Positions 35,662 to 45,002 of a DNA stretch of 64,000 bases are shown here, piece by piece. The position numbers were made by a program, and so were the translations under genes. Source of the stretch: Candidatus Izemoplasmatales bacterium (GTDB lineage Bacteria > Bacillota_I > Bacilli_A > Izemoplasmatales > Hujiaoplasmataceae). The number at the start of each line of letters is the position of its first letter. The first letter of the stretch is position 1. The notes beneath the pieces were generated by a model. That model made no database searches and was not told where the DNA came from. It was given only the letters and a program-made list of their open reading frames with translations. The DNA lies in contig JBAZNL010000003.1 in NCBI GenBank assembly GCA_041649275.1, positions 34,116 to 98,115 of the forward strand, in the 5' to 3' direction.

Positions 35662-37891
35662 TATTCTGCAGTTAAAAGGCCCGTTCGAAAGTAGAAAAAA
35701 CCCAAATAGACCCGCAGCTCCTACATTGCCAAGCAATCAATCTGTATGTAGCAATCATATTCGCAAACTAGGTCAAGACCTTCTGGATATTGCTGCTTTT
35801 TGGCGCGCTGAGAATTTTCTTCCTGATGTGTTGCTGAGCGCCCATTATCGAAAAGTTGCTGCCAAAAGCAATCGAATAGATAGTTTCCTTTCATATAAAG
35901 ATGTTACTGCCGAACAAACAATAGTAGGAGCGAAGTATGGTGGTACTCCATCTGACCCATATCATATCATCACGCATTATGTTTCAATCGACGCCATTGT
36001 ATCATCCGTTGAAAAAGCAAATGAAACCGCTAAAATTCTTGACGAATATTTCACTGGAGTTGCCACTACATCTAGTTTTAATAGTGCCGAACGTATTTCA
36101 TTGATTGATTTCTCTCGCTATTCAATATCAAAGACAACGTTTCAACGAATGGTTGTTGATGCGTCATTTATTACTAAATTCGCAATCGATAAGTCAGAAT
36201 TCCTCACCAATGAAACAGCGATCATTTCATTTTTTGATGTAAAGATGAAGATTGATGATCTCCTTCGGAAATTTGGCATTAACCCGACTGTGATTCGCGC
36301 ACTTGATAATACATCAGTTTTATTAGGCCGAGAAGAAATCGAACTGATCCTGCGGAAGGCGCCATATTTAGTTGCTATGGCAACGGTAGATTTTTCGCGA
36401 TTGTTACCAACCGATTTCGCTCCCTCAAGCGAGTCAACTCCAGGCGTTATTCCTTCCCCAAAAAACGAGCCAATTATTGGAGTGATTGACACTCTATTTG
36501 ATTCATCGGTTTACTTCTCTGATTGGGTCGAACACCATAACGACATCTCATCAGAGATTCCTGCGCAATCATCAGATTATCAACATGGCACTTCGGTGTG
36601 CTCGCTCCTTGTTGATGGGCCTTCACTCAATCCTGAATTGAATGATGGGTGTGGTCGTTTTCGTGTTCGACACTTTGGGATCGCGCTGCATGCAGGTTTT
36701 AGTTCTTTCACAATAATAAATCAAATTAAGACGATAATTTCAAAGAACACGGAAATACATGTATGGAACATCTCGTTGGGATCAGATCAAGAAGTGAATA
36801 GGAACTTTATATCCGCTGAAGCATCCGTGCTTGATCAAATTCAATATGAAAACGACATAACATTCATAATTTCAGGAACCAATAAACGGGCAGATGAACC
36901 CAAAAAACGTATTGGCGCCCCTGCTGATTCCGTGAATGCGATTGTAGTGAACTCTGTGGACTCTCAGAATAATCCTGTGAATTACTCGCGTTCCGGTCCG
37001 GTATTATCATTCTTTACAAAACCTGATGTCAGTTACTATGGCGGTGATTCACACAAACGAATACGTGTTTGCGATCATCTCGGATTGTCATATGTCTGTG
37101 GCACATCCTATGCCGCTCCATGGATATCTAGGAAGATGGCATTTCTTGTGGATGTTCTCGGTTTCCCACGTGAAATTGCTAAAGCATTATTAATTGATGC
37201 CGCGATAGGGTGGAACGAAACGCACTCATTTGAGGAACGTTCTTTGAAAGGTCATGGTGTCGTACCCGTTCGTATCGATGACATTGTCAAATCAGAAGAT
37301 GATGAAATCAAGTTTGTCGTTTCGGGCGTATCTGAACAATATGAGACCTATAGTTATCAATTTGCGGTGCCAAAGTATAAAAACGAATACCCCTTTCTTA
37401 CCAAAGCGACGTTATGTTATTTTCCACGGTGTTCTAGAAATCAAGGCGTAGATTACACTAACACTGAACTTGACTTATACTTTGGCAGAATCGATGAAGA
37501 TAACCATATCAAATCAATTAACAATAACAAACAGTGTATAGAAGACAATGATATTCATCCAGTATATGAGGCTGATGCAAGAAAATATTATCGGAAATGG
37601 GACAACATCAAGCATATCACAGACGAAATAAAGGAACGTCTTATCCCTAGGAAAGCATATCAGGGTAAACTTTGGGGGATGAAGGTTGTCACGAAGGAAC
37701 GACTGAAATCTCGAGATGGAATTGGTATTCGATTCGGCGTAGTTGTCACACTAAAAGAAATTCATGGAGTGAATCGAATTCAAGATTTCATCTCTGAATG
37801 CTCACTTAGAGGTTGGCTTGTTAACCGAATCAATGTTGAAAGCAGAATACAAGTCTATAATAAAGCTAGCGAAGAAATCAAATTCGATTAA
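35654..37891 (+). CDS. intracellular multi-domain subtilisin-like S8 serine peptidase; candidate antiphage protease (IetS-like)
   Basis: There is no signal peptide. The S8 catalytic triad motifs are present in the central domain: Asp in IIGVIDTLFD, His in YQHGTSVCSLL and Ser in CGTSYAAPWI. An approximately 265-aa N-terminal domain and an approximately 220-aa C-terminal domain are of unknown function. The start overlaps the ATPase stop, indicating translational coupling. Confidence 0.75.
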   Translation: MNDILQLKGPFESRKNPNRPAAPTLPSNQSVCSNHIRKLGQDLLDIAAFWRAENFLPDVLLSAHYRKVAAKSNRIDSFLSYKDVTAEQTIVGAKYGGTPSDPYHIITHYVSIDAIVSSVEKANETAKILDEYFTGVATTSSFNSAERISLIDFSRYSISKTTFQRMVVDASFITKFAIDKSEFLTNETAIISFFDVKMKIDDLLRKFGINPTVIRALDNTSVLLGREEIELILRKAPYLVAMATVDFSRLLPTDFAPSSESTPGVIPSPKNEPIIGVIDTLFDSSVYFSDWVEHHNDISSEIPAQSSDYQHGTSVCSLLVDGPSLNPELNDGCGRFRVRHFGIALHAGFSSFTIINQIKTIISKNTEIHVWNISLGSDQEVNRNFISAEASVLDQIQYENDITFIISGTNKRADEPKKRIGAPADSVNAIVVNSVDSQNNPVNYSRSGPVLSFFTKPDVSYYGGDSHKRIRVCDHLGLSYVCGTSYAAPWISRKMAFLVDVLGFPREIAKALLIDAAIGWNETHSFEERSLKGHGVVPVRIDDIVKSEDDEIKFVVSGVSEQYETYSYQFAVPKYKNEYPFLTKATLCYFPRCSRNQGVDYTNTELDLYFGRIDEDNHIKSINNNKQCIEDNDIHPVYEADARKYYRKWDNIKHITDEIKERLIPRKAYQGKLWGMKVVTKERLKSRDGIGIRFGVVVTLKEIHGVNRIQDFISECSLRGWLVNRINVESRIQVYNKASEEIKFD

Positions 37892-38337
37892 TCATCTCCA
37901 ACTCTCGATGATGGTAGGTTGATTTATTAATATTGGTTGAGTTGAGTATATCCTATTACTCCTAGGGACCTTGACGAAGTGTACAATTGAAGCTCATGCA
38001 TAATCGTCGAGTGAATTTTCAAGCGTTCTTAGGCCTATAGGTGAAACGAACGTACAGTGAAGTAATCATTTACAATAAATTCAGCTACAAAAAAATAGTC
38101 ATAGTGCTGTCACATTAAAAAAACATAATGGGAGAGATGACAAAGTAGTTTTAGAGCGGCCTTGATAATCCAATTTCTATACTATTTACGATAAGTGTGA
38201 ATATGCTTTTTGTCTTCAACAACATGTGGCATCCACATCCTGGGTGCCTTAATCATCATTCCTACAGGCGAGATGGTAAAATTTCAGCGATTCCCTTATA
38301 ATGGAAACAGACTGCATCAATGACTAGGAGACACGAT

Positions 38338-39741
38338 ATGACCCGATCCGCACTTGGCAAGAAACTCGCGTTCGCTTCCGCCGACATCTTCGGCGGCGGC
38401 TCCTTCAACATCATCAACTTCCTGCTTCCCGGCTTTCTCGCGCTCACGGTCGGGATCAGCCCCTACTGGATCAGCTTCATCATGCTGATCGCGCGCTTCT
38501 GGGACGCGATCACCGACCCGCTCATGGGATACCTTTCCGACCACACGAAGTCGCGGCTCGGGAAGCGCCGGATCTATCTCGTGATCTCGGCGCCGCTCGT
38601 CCTCGCCGGGATGTACTTCCTGTTCTTCCCGTTCGCCTTCCCGAGCCATACCCTCCGCGTCATCGCGGCGCTCACCGCGTACCTCGTCTTCACGATGATC
38701 CAGACCTCGGTGATGATCCCCTACTATTCGCTCTCGAGCGAGATCTCGAGCGACTACCAGGAACGGGCCTCGTACAATTCCTATCGTCTCGGCTTCAGCA
38801 TCTTTTCCTCGATCCTCTGCGTCGCCGTCCCCGGCATCATCGTCTCGCTCTTCCCCGACGACCGCGTCGGCTACCAGGTGATGAGCCTGATCTTCGGCAC
38901 CTTCTTCGGCCTCAGCGTGCTCTTCACCGGCCTCTTCGCGAAGGAGGAGATCACGACGCCGGCGGTCACCTCGAAGCTCTCCCTCAGGGAGCTCGTCAAG
39001 CCGCTCGGCCTCCGACCCTTCCGCCAGTACCTCGGGATGTTCCTGTTCCTGCAGATGTCGATGGCGGTCATGAGCGGACTGTTCTTCTTCTACGTCGACT
39101 TCTACATCGTCAAGGACGTCACCGCCGCCGGGGAATCCTCGATGGTCGGCATGATCGCCGCGGCGTTGATGTTCGCGATGCAGATCGTCGCCCTGCCCGT
39201 CTACATCCGGATGATCGGGAAGAAGGGGAAGACCTACGCCTACCGCTTCGGCGCGATCGTCTGGATCGTCACCGCGCTCACGCTCCTCGTGATCCCCGCG
39301 AACGTGAACCCGGTCGTGATCTACGTCGTCGGCGCGCTGATGGGCTTCGGGATCAGCGGTCCCGGCCTCGTCCCGCACACGATGTACGGCGACGTCGTCG
39401 ACGCCGGCCAGCTCAGGTTCAGGGACCGCCTCGACGGACAGATGAGCGGCTTCACCAACTTCATCAACAAGGTCGCGCAGGCCGTCGGCCTCGCCGCCGT
39501 GATGGCCCTGATCGGCCTCGCCGGCTTTCAGTCGCAGGATCTGACGCAGCCGCCGCTCACCGAACAGCCGCCGGAAGCGATGCTCGCGATCCGGCTCATC
39601 ATGGCCCTCGTCCCGCTCGTCTTCATGGGCGTCGGGATTCTCATCTCGACCCGCTACCGGATCGATGCGGCGACCCAGAAGAAGATCGCCGAGACCATCC
39701 GCGACGGCGCGGACGCCGAAGAATTGATCCGGAACCTCTGA
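38338..39741 (+). CDS. MFS transporter of the GPH (glycoside-pentoside-hexuronide:cation symporter, MFS_2) type
   Basis: There are 12 predicted TM helices. The N-terminal region ASADIFGGGSFNIINFLLPGFL...DAITDPLMGYLSDHTKSRLGKRR is the hallmark of MelB/GPH-like carriers. TATAAT at 38299 and an AGGAGA RBS precede it. Confidence 0.75.
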   Translation: MTRSALGKKLAFASADIFGGGSFNIINFLLPGFLALTVGISPYWISFIMLIARFWDAITDPLMGYLSDHTKSRLGKRRIYLVISAPLVLAGMYFLFFPFAFPSHTLRVIAALTAYLVFTMIQTSVMIPYYSLSSEISSDYQERASYNSYRLGFSIFSSILCVAVPGIIVSLFPDDRVGYQVMSLIFGTFFGLSVLFTGLFAKEEITTPAVTSKLSLRELVKPLGLRPFRQYLGMFLFLQMSMAVMSGLFFFYVDFYIVKDVTAAGESSMVGMIAAALMFAMQIVALPVYIRMIGKKGKTYAYRFGAIVWIVTALTLLVIPANVNPVVIYVVGALMGFGISGPGLVPHTMYGDVVDAGQLRFRDRLDGQMSGFTNFINKVAQAVGLAAVMALIGLAGFQSQDLTQPPLTEQPPEAMLAIRLIMALVPLVFMGVGILISTRYRIDAATQKKIAETIRDGADAEELIRNL

Positions 39742-39743
39742 AG

Positions 39744-40904
39744 ATGAAGCGTCCGAATCCGCTCCTGTACGCGACGCTCGGCTTCCTGCTTCGGATCTAC
39801 GCCTTCTTCAAGGGGCAGCGGATCCGCCGCCACGCGAAGATCAAGGGGCCGGCGATCGTCCTCTCCAACCACACGTCCTTCTACGACTTCATCTACACCA
39901 CCGCGGCGGTCTATCCGAAGCGCGTCAGCTACATGGCCGCCGGGAAGATGTTCTACGACCCCCTCCTCGGCTTCTTCCTCCGGATGGCGCGGGCGTTCCC
40001 CAAATGCCTCTTCCAGGCCGACCCGGTCGCGACCATGAACGTCTTCCGGATCCTCCGGCGGAAGGGGATCGTCTCGATCTTCCCCGAGGGGCAGATCTCG
40101 CCGATCGGCGTCACCCAGCCGATCGCGCCGTCGATCGCCAAGCTGCTCAAGAAGGCCAAGGTCGACGTCTTCGCCGTCCGCCACCAGGGCGCCTACCTCG
40201 TCAACCCGCCGTGGTCGAAGAAGAACTTCCCCGGACGGATCCAGACCGACGTCGAACTCGTCCTGACGAAGGAACGGCTGGCTTCGCTTACGGAAGAAGA
40301 GGTCCTCGCGGCCGTCGTCGAGGCGCTCCGCTTCAACGTCTCCTCCTTCGATCCCGAAGGCAGGTACCGTTACCGCATCAACGACATCGAGAACCTCGAA
40401 AGCGTCCTCTACCGCTGCCCGCGATGCGGCGGCGAGACGCTTCATGCGGACGGACGCGACCTCGTCTGCCCGGCGTGCGGGAACCGCCTTTCCTACGATC
40501 CCCACGGAAAAGTCGGCGGACTCCGGATCGACGACCTCTATCACGTGCAGGAGGCGGAGATGCGCATGCGGATCGAATCCGACCCGGCGTTCCGCCTCGA
40601 AGCCGACGTCCGGCTCGAGAGTTTCCGGGACGAGCGGCTCGTCGAGGTCGGCCGCGGCCGACTCTCCCTGACCCATGACGGATACCGCTACGAGGGCACC
40701 GTCGACGGCAGGGAAACCGTCCTCGCGTTCGATCCCAAGAACGTCCCGACGCTGCCGAGCGACCTCGGCAGAAACGTCCAGATCTACGAAGGCTACCTGA
40801 TCTACCAGTTCGCGATGGACGTCCCGACGATCCCGACGAAGTTCGTCATCGCCGCCGAAATCCTGCACGCGCGCAGCCTTTCCGGCGCGGCCGACGCGGC
40901 CTAG
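39744..40904 (+). CDS. lysophospholipid (1-acyl-glycerol-3-phosphate type, PlsC-family) acyltransferase with C-terminal zinc-ribbon domain
   Basis: The HX4D motif (NHTSFYD) and the FPEG motif are present. CPRCGG...CPACGN forms a Cys4 ribbon in the C-terminal 150 aa. The start is 3 nt after the MFS stop. Confidence 0.7.
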   Translation: MKRPNPLLYATLGFLLRIYAFFKGQRIRRHAKIKGPAIVLSNHTSFYDFIYTTAAVYPKRVSYMAAGKMFYDPLLGFFLRMARAFPKCLFQADPVATMNVFRILRRKGIVSIFPEGQISPIGVTQPIAPSIAKLLKKAKVDVFAVRHQGAYLVNPPWSKKNFPGRIQTDVELVLTKERLASLTEEEVLAAVVEALRFNVSSFDPEGRYRYRINDIENLESVLYRCPRCGGETLHADGRDLVCPACGNRLSYDPHGKVGGLRIDDLYHVQEAEMRMRIESDPAFRLEADVRLESFRDERLVEVGRGRLSLTHDGYRYEGTVDGRETVLAFDPKNVPTLPSDLGRNVQIYEGYLIYQFAMDVPTIPTKFVIAAEILHARSLSGAADAA

Positions 40905-41028
40905 ACGACCGATCGACCGCGCATGATTTCGCAAATTCGACCGAAATATGACGGAAAATCGCCCGATTGCCATATACAAGGGCATGAAATGGTGTTATAA
41001 TCGACATCAAAAAGGGGGCATTGAAAAG

Positions 41029-41352
41029 ATGGATAAGTACGTCAAGCTCTACAAGCAGATGTGGATCGACTGGAAGAACTACGAAGGCAAGATCAACCTG
41101 AACGACTTCTGGACCAACATCGTCGTCCATATCATCGTCCAGTTCCTGATCGGCCTCATCATCGGCCTCATCAACATCCCGGTCCTCACCTCGCTCGTCA
41201 GCCTCGTCCTGCTCGTGCCGGTGATCGCCATGGGCGTCCGCCGTCTGCACGACGTCGGCGAGAAGGGTACCTACATGCTGTGGTGGCTCCTCCCGCTCGT
41301 CGGCTGGATCTTCGTGATCCTGAAGTGGGTCAAGCCGAGCGTCGCCGCCTGA
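41029..41352 (+). CDS. DUF805-family small membrane protein
   Basis: The RRLHDVGEKGTYMLWWLLP motif is typical of DUF805 (YhaH-like). An extended -10 TGTTATAAT (40992-41000) and a GGGGG RBS precede ATG 41029. Confidence 0.6.
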   Translation: MDKYVKLYKQMWIDWKNYEGKINLNDFWTNIVVHIIVQFLIGLIIGLINIPVLTSLVSLVLLVPVIAMGVRRLHDVGEKGTYMLWWLLPLVGWIFVILKWVKPSVAA

Positions 41353-41473
41353 GCCCAAGCGCAACGAACAAGACACGGTCCGTCCGTGTCTTTTTCTTTA
41401 CCGGAATACCGCTTGACGGAAGCGGCGTGCGATTGTACAATGAATGAGCGAATCATGAAGGACGGGGAACACC

Positions 41474-42847
41474 ATGGACAAGAAAACGCTGATCTTCGAG
41501 AAACTGCCGATCTGGAAGGCCGTCGCGACGCTCGCGATTCCTTCCATTCTCTCGCAGTTCGTGACGATGATCTACAACCTCGCCGACACCTTCTACATCG
41601 GTCAGACGAACGACCCCTACATGGTCGCCGCGATCTCCTATTCGTTCGGCGCCTTCGCGCTCCTCGCCGCCTTCGGGAACCTCTTCGGGATCGGCGGCGG
41701 CAGCCTGATGGCGCGGATGATGGGCGCCAAGCGCCCCGAGGACGCGAAGAAGGTCGCCACCTTCAGCGTCTACGGCGCGAACGTCTTCTCGCTCCTCTAT
41801 TCCGTCCTCCTCTGGATCTTCATGACGCCGATCCTCGAACTGCTCGGCGCCAGCGCGATGACGATCGGCTACGGCAGAGACTACCTGTTCTGGACCACCG
41901 TCGTCGGCGGTCTTCCGACGACCCTCGGGATCGTCCTCGGCCATCTCCTCCGCTCCGAGGGCGAGGCGAAGCTGGGCGCCGCCGGAATCGCCTTCGGCGG
42001 CATCCTCAACATCATCCTCGACCCGATCTTCATCTTCGTGCTCGACCTCGACGTCGCCGGCGCGGCGATGGCGACGATGATCGCCAACGTCGCCGTGGTC
42101 GGATTCTACCTGATGACCGTCTTCTCCATCGGTCACCGTTCGAACGTCGGTTTCTCACCGTCCCGGCTCTCCGGGGCGAAGCAGGTCGCCGGTCCGGTCT
42201 TCGCGGTCGGTCTGCCCGCGGCGGCCGCCGTCGTCTTCAACGTCCTCGTCAACGCCGCCGTCTTCAAGGTGCTCTCGGGTTACGGCGACCTCGCCGTCGC
42301 CGCGATGGGGATCGTCAAGAAGATCGACTCGATCCCGCTCAACATCGCCCTCGGTCTCGGCCAGGGCGTCCTCCCGCTCGTCGCCTACAACTACGCCGCC
42401 AAGGACTTCGACCGCATGAAGGGTTCCTCGCGGTTCGCCCGATTCGCGGCGGTCGGGATCGCGAGCCTCTGCATCGTCTTCTTCGAGGTCTTCTCCGAAC
42501 CGATCGTGACCTTCTTCATCCGGGAACCGGAGACCGTCGCGCTCGGCGCGCGGTTCCTCCGGATCGCCTGCCTCGGTACGATCCCGATGGCGCTTTTCTT
42601 CCTCTACAACACGACCTTCCAGGCGATGGGACACGGGAAGCAGTCGTTCTTCCTGGTGTTCATGCGCCAGGTGGTGATCAACCTCGGGATCCTCTTCCTG
42701 TTCGAAACGCTCTTCGGGATCGACGGCGTCGTCTGGACCCAACCCGTCGGCGACCTGCTCTCCGCGCTGATCGCATGGGTGCTCTTCGAACGCGTCGTCG
42801 TCTCGCTCAAGAAGGAACAATCGGGACTCGACCGGCGCTCCGCATGA
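41474..42847 (+). CDS. MATE-family efflux transporter
   Basis: 457 aa with 12 TM helices. The N-terminal region SILSQFVTMIYNLADTFYIGQ matches the MATE pattern, and the protein shows an internal duplication. Confidence 0.8.
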   Translation: MDKKTLIFEKLPIWKAVATLAIPSILSQFVTMIYNLADTFYIGQTNDPYMVAAISYSFGAFALLAAFGNLFGIGGGSLMARMMGAKRPEDAKKVATFSVYGANVFSLLYSVLLWIFMTPILELLGASAMTIGYGRDYLFWTTVVGGLPTTLGIVLGHLLRSEGEAKLGAAGIAFGGILNIILDPIFIFVLDLDVAGAAMATMIANVAVVGFYLMTVFSIGHRSNVGFSPSRLSGAKQVAGPVFAVGLPAAAAVVFNVLVNAAVFKVLSGYGDLAVAAMGIVKKIDSIPLNIALGLGQGVLPLVAYNYAAKDFDRMKGSSRFARFAAVGIASLCIVFFEVFSEPIVTFFIREPETVALGARFLRIACLGTIPMALFFLYNTTFQAMGHGKQSFFLVFMRQVVINLGILFLFETLFGIDGVVWTQPVGDLLSALIAWVLFERVVVSLKKEQSGLDRRSA

Positions 42848-42948
42848 TGGAGCGCTTTTCCTTTTTGATAGAAATGAACAAACGTTCATTGATACACTGT
42901 TCAAAGGGGATCCGCAGTGGTAGAATGGATACGAAGGAAGGTGTTCGG

Positions 42949-43809
42949 ATGAAGACGATCGTGGTCACCGGCGCGACCGACGGGATCGGCCGTGCCGCGG
43001 CAGAAGGATTCCTGAAGGCGGGCTGCCGCGTCGTCGGCGTCGCCCGCAACCGGAAGAAGGCGGCGGCCATGGAAGCGGATTTGCGCGAAGCGCGGCTCTC
43101 CTTCCAATTCGCCGACCTGTCGAGCGTGCGCGAGGTCGACGCGCTCGCCACCCGCCTGGCGGAGAGCTGCCCTGACGGCATCGACGCGCTCGTCCACGTC
43201 GCCGGGACGGTCTCGACGCATCGCGAACTCACCGTCGACGGCTACGAGAAGACGTTCGCGGTGAACCACCTCGCCGTCCACCACCTGACGATTCGGTGCC
43301 TCCCGCTGCTGGAGCGCCGTCCCGGCGCCCGCGTTCTCGTCGTCAGTTCGCGCGCCCACCGCTGGGGGCGGATTTTCTTCCGGGACGTTTCGCTGCGCGG
43401 CTTCTACTGGCTTCTGACGGCCTACGCCCAATCGAAGCTGATGAACGTCCTCTTCGTCCGCGACATGGCGCGGCGGATCGATCCCAAACTGGTTTCGTTC
43501 TACGCGATCGATCCGGGTCTCGTCGACACCGGCATCGTCGCGAAGACGACGAAGGGACTCGAACGGTGGATCTGGAGCTGGCGGCGGAAGGCCGGCACTC
43601 CGCCATCGGTCCCGGCCGCGGCGATGGTCCGGATCGCGCTCGAGGACGCCTATGCGGGACGATCCGGTCTGTTCTGGATGGAAGGCGTCGAGAAGGCGCC
43701 CGCGCGCCGGTCCGGAACCGTCCGCACGATGGATCGGCTCCATGCGCTCTCGGACGCGATGGTCGACGTCGCGCTCGGCGGATCTTCGCGTTTTTCCGCG
43801 AAGAAGTGA
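42949..43809 (+). CDS. SDR-family short-chain dehydrogenase/reductase
   Basis: The N-terminal TGATDGIGRAAA is a Rossmann fold. The catalytic YAQSK is present. The track's ORF 41386-43809 is an upstream read-through artefact, and the ATG at 42949 is the start. Confidence 0.75.
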   Translation: MKTIVVTGATDGIGRAAAEGFLKAGCRVVGVARNRKKAAAMEADLREARLSFQFADLSSVREVDALATRLAESCPDGIDALVHVAGTVSTHRELTVDGYEKTFAVNHLAVHHLTIRCLPLLERRPGARVLVVSSRAHRWGRIFFRDVSLRGFYWLLTAYAQSKLMNVLFVRDMARRIDPKLVSFYAIDPGLVDTGIVAKTTKGLERWIWSWRRKAGTPPSVPAAAMVRIALEDAYAGRSGLFWMEGVEKAPARRSGTVRTMDRLHALSDAMVDVALGGSSRFSAKK

Positions 43810-43931
43810 AATCGCGGGAATCGCCACCTCCGGCGATCGCTTTCTTCCGCGATATGCTCGCACCGTCTTGAAATAATGCGGCGATGGTGCTATCATCAAG
43901 GAAAAGAAGCATCCGTCATAGGGGGATTTCC

Positions 43932-44888
43932 ATGGCACAGATCCGTCGTTTCCTCGGCAAAGTCCGGATCGAGTTCATCGCGATCGGGCTGTTTTTCCTG
44001 ACTCTCGTCGTCTTCTCCGCGCGCCTCTACGTCTGTCGCTTCGACGGCATCGTCGTCGCGCAGCTGTTCCTGTTCGCGTTTCCGCCGTTCTTCGGGCCCT
44101 TCGCGCGGGCGGTCGTTCTCGACGCCTGCTTCGCGACGATCGGCTTCATGGCGTTCGAGGGCGGTTTCACGAAACGTGCCAGACTCGCGTTCCGCGTCGG
44201 CTTCTACGTCGCCGCGGCGCTGTTTCTCGTCAACCTCGCGCTCGTCCTCCTCGGCGCCGGATCGGATCCGGCGACCGCGAACCTGTTCTTCGGGAGAGAG
44301 GAGTTCTCCGGCGGGGAATCCGTCCTCGTCGGCGGCTTCGGACTCGGGTTCTATCTCTACATCCTCTTTCTCGCCGTTTACGGCGTCGCCGTCTTCCTCC
44401 ATCCCGGATACGCCGGGACGGATGAGCCGACGCTGTGGCGCTGGATCCTGCGCAAGCTGAACCGGAAGGACCCGCTCGTCGCGCTCGATCCCGTCGGCGA
44501 CGCACAGATCGTCCGGAGCGTCCCGCTTCACGTCTTCTACACCGTCATCACCTTCGGCGTCTGGTACTACATCTGGATGTACCGGATGATCCGCGGGATC
44601 CACAAGCTGGTCGGCGGACCCGCCGACCTCACGAAGGATTTCCTCCTCTCCGCGCTCGTCCTCCCGGGGATTCAGGTGATGTACGGCCTCAACCTGAAGA
44701 AGTGGGAGACCTTCCTCTTCCAGAACCGCGACCGGTTCGGCGTCAAGAAGCCCGACTTTTCGATCGCTTACCTCGTCCTTTCGATCCTCGGTCTCGGCGT
44801 CGTCGCCACGGCGATGATGCAGCTCGACCTGAACAAGGCCGCCACCGTCGCCAACGCCACGCTCCAGAACGAAGAAGCGCGTGCCTGA
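43932..44888 (+). CDS. hypothetical integral membrane protein
   Basis: About 7 TM helices. Trp/Tyr-rich loops (FGVWYYIWMYRM) are present. The family is uncertain. The TTGAAA-17-TATCAT promoter at about 43868-43896 precedes it. Confidence 0.5.
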   Translation: MAQIRRFLGKVRIEFIAIGLFFLTLVVFSARLYVCRFDGIVVAQLFLFAFPPFFGPFARAVVLDACFATIGFMAFEGGFTKRARLAFRVGFYVAAALFLVNLALVLLGAGSDPATANLFFGREEFSGGESVLVGGFGLGFYLYILFLAVYGVAVFLHPGYAGTDEPTLWRWILRKLNRKDPLVALDPVGDAQIVRSVPLHVFYTVITFGVWYYIWMYRMIRGIHKLVGGPADLTKDFLLSALVLPGIQVMYGLNLKKWETFLFQNRDRFGVKKPDFSIAYLVLSILGLGVVATAMMQLDLNKAATVANATLQNEEARA

Positions 44889-45002
44889 CCGAAACGATTT
44901 CGACAACGCGTCCGATCGGACGCGTTTTGTCGTTTCAAGGACGATTTCCGATCCTCTTCTTCGCCGCTCGTGCTATGATGGTACCATAGCGAGGTGCCTG
45001 CC

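Noticed and set aside
37892-38337. Direct repeat of the tRNA-Ala 3' end (att site) at the distal end of the AAA+/S8 islet
   Set aside because: I searched visually for the sequence TTCGAGCCTCGTCAGTTCCACCA or fragments of it. Only a weak CATCCACATCC resemblance was found, which is insufficient to call an attR.
38317-40985. Minus-strand ORFs 38317-39378 and 39654-40985 opposite the MFS and acyltransferase genes
   Set aside because: They are antisense artefacts of high-GC coding DNA. The plus-strand genes have 12 TM helices and HX4D motifs respectively.
41386-43809. 807-aa plus-strand ORF spanning the MATE gene region and the SDR gene
   Set aside because: The upstream part is an Arg-rich alternative frame across the MATE gene. 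Only the last 286 aa, from ATG 42949 with a Rossmann TGATDGIG N-terminus, form a coherent SDR protein.
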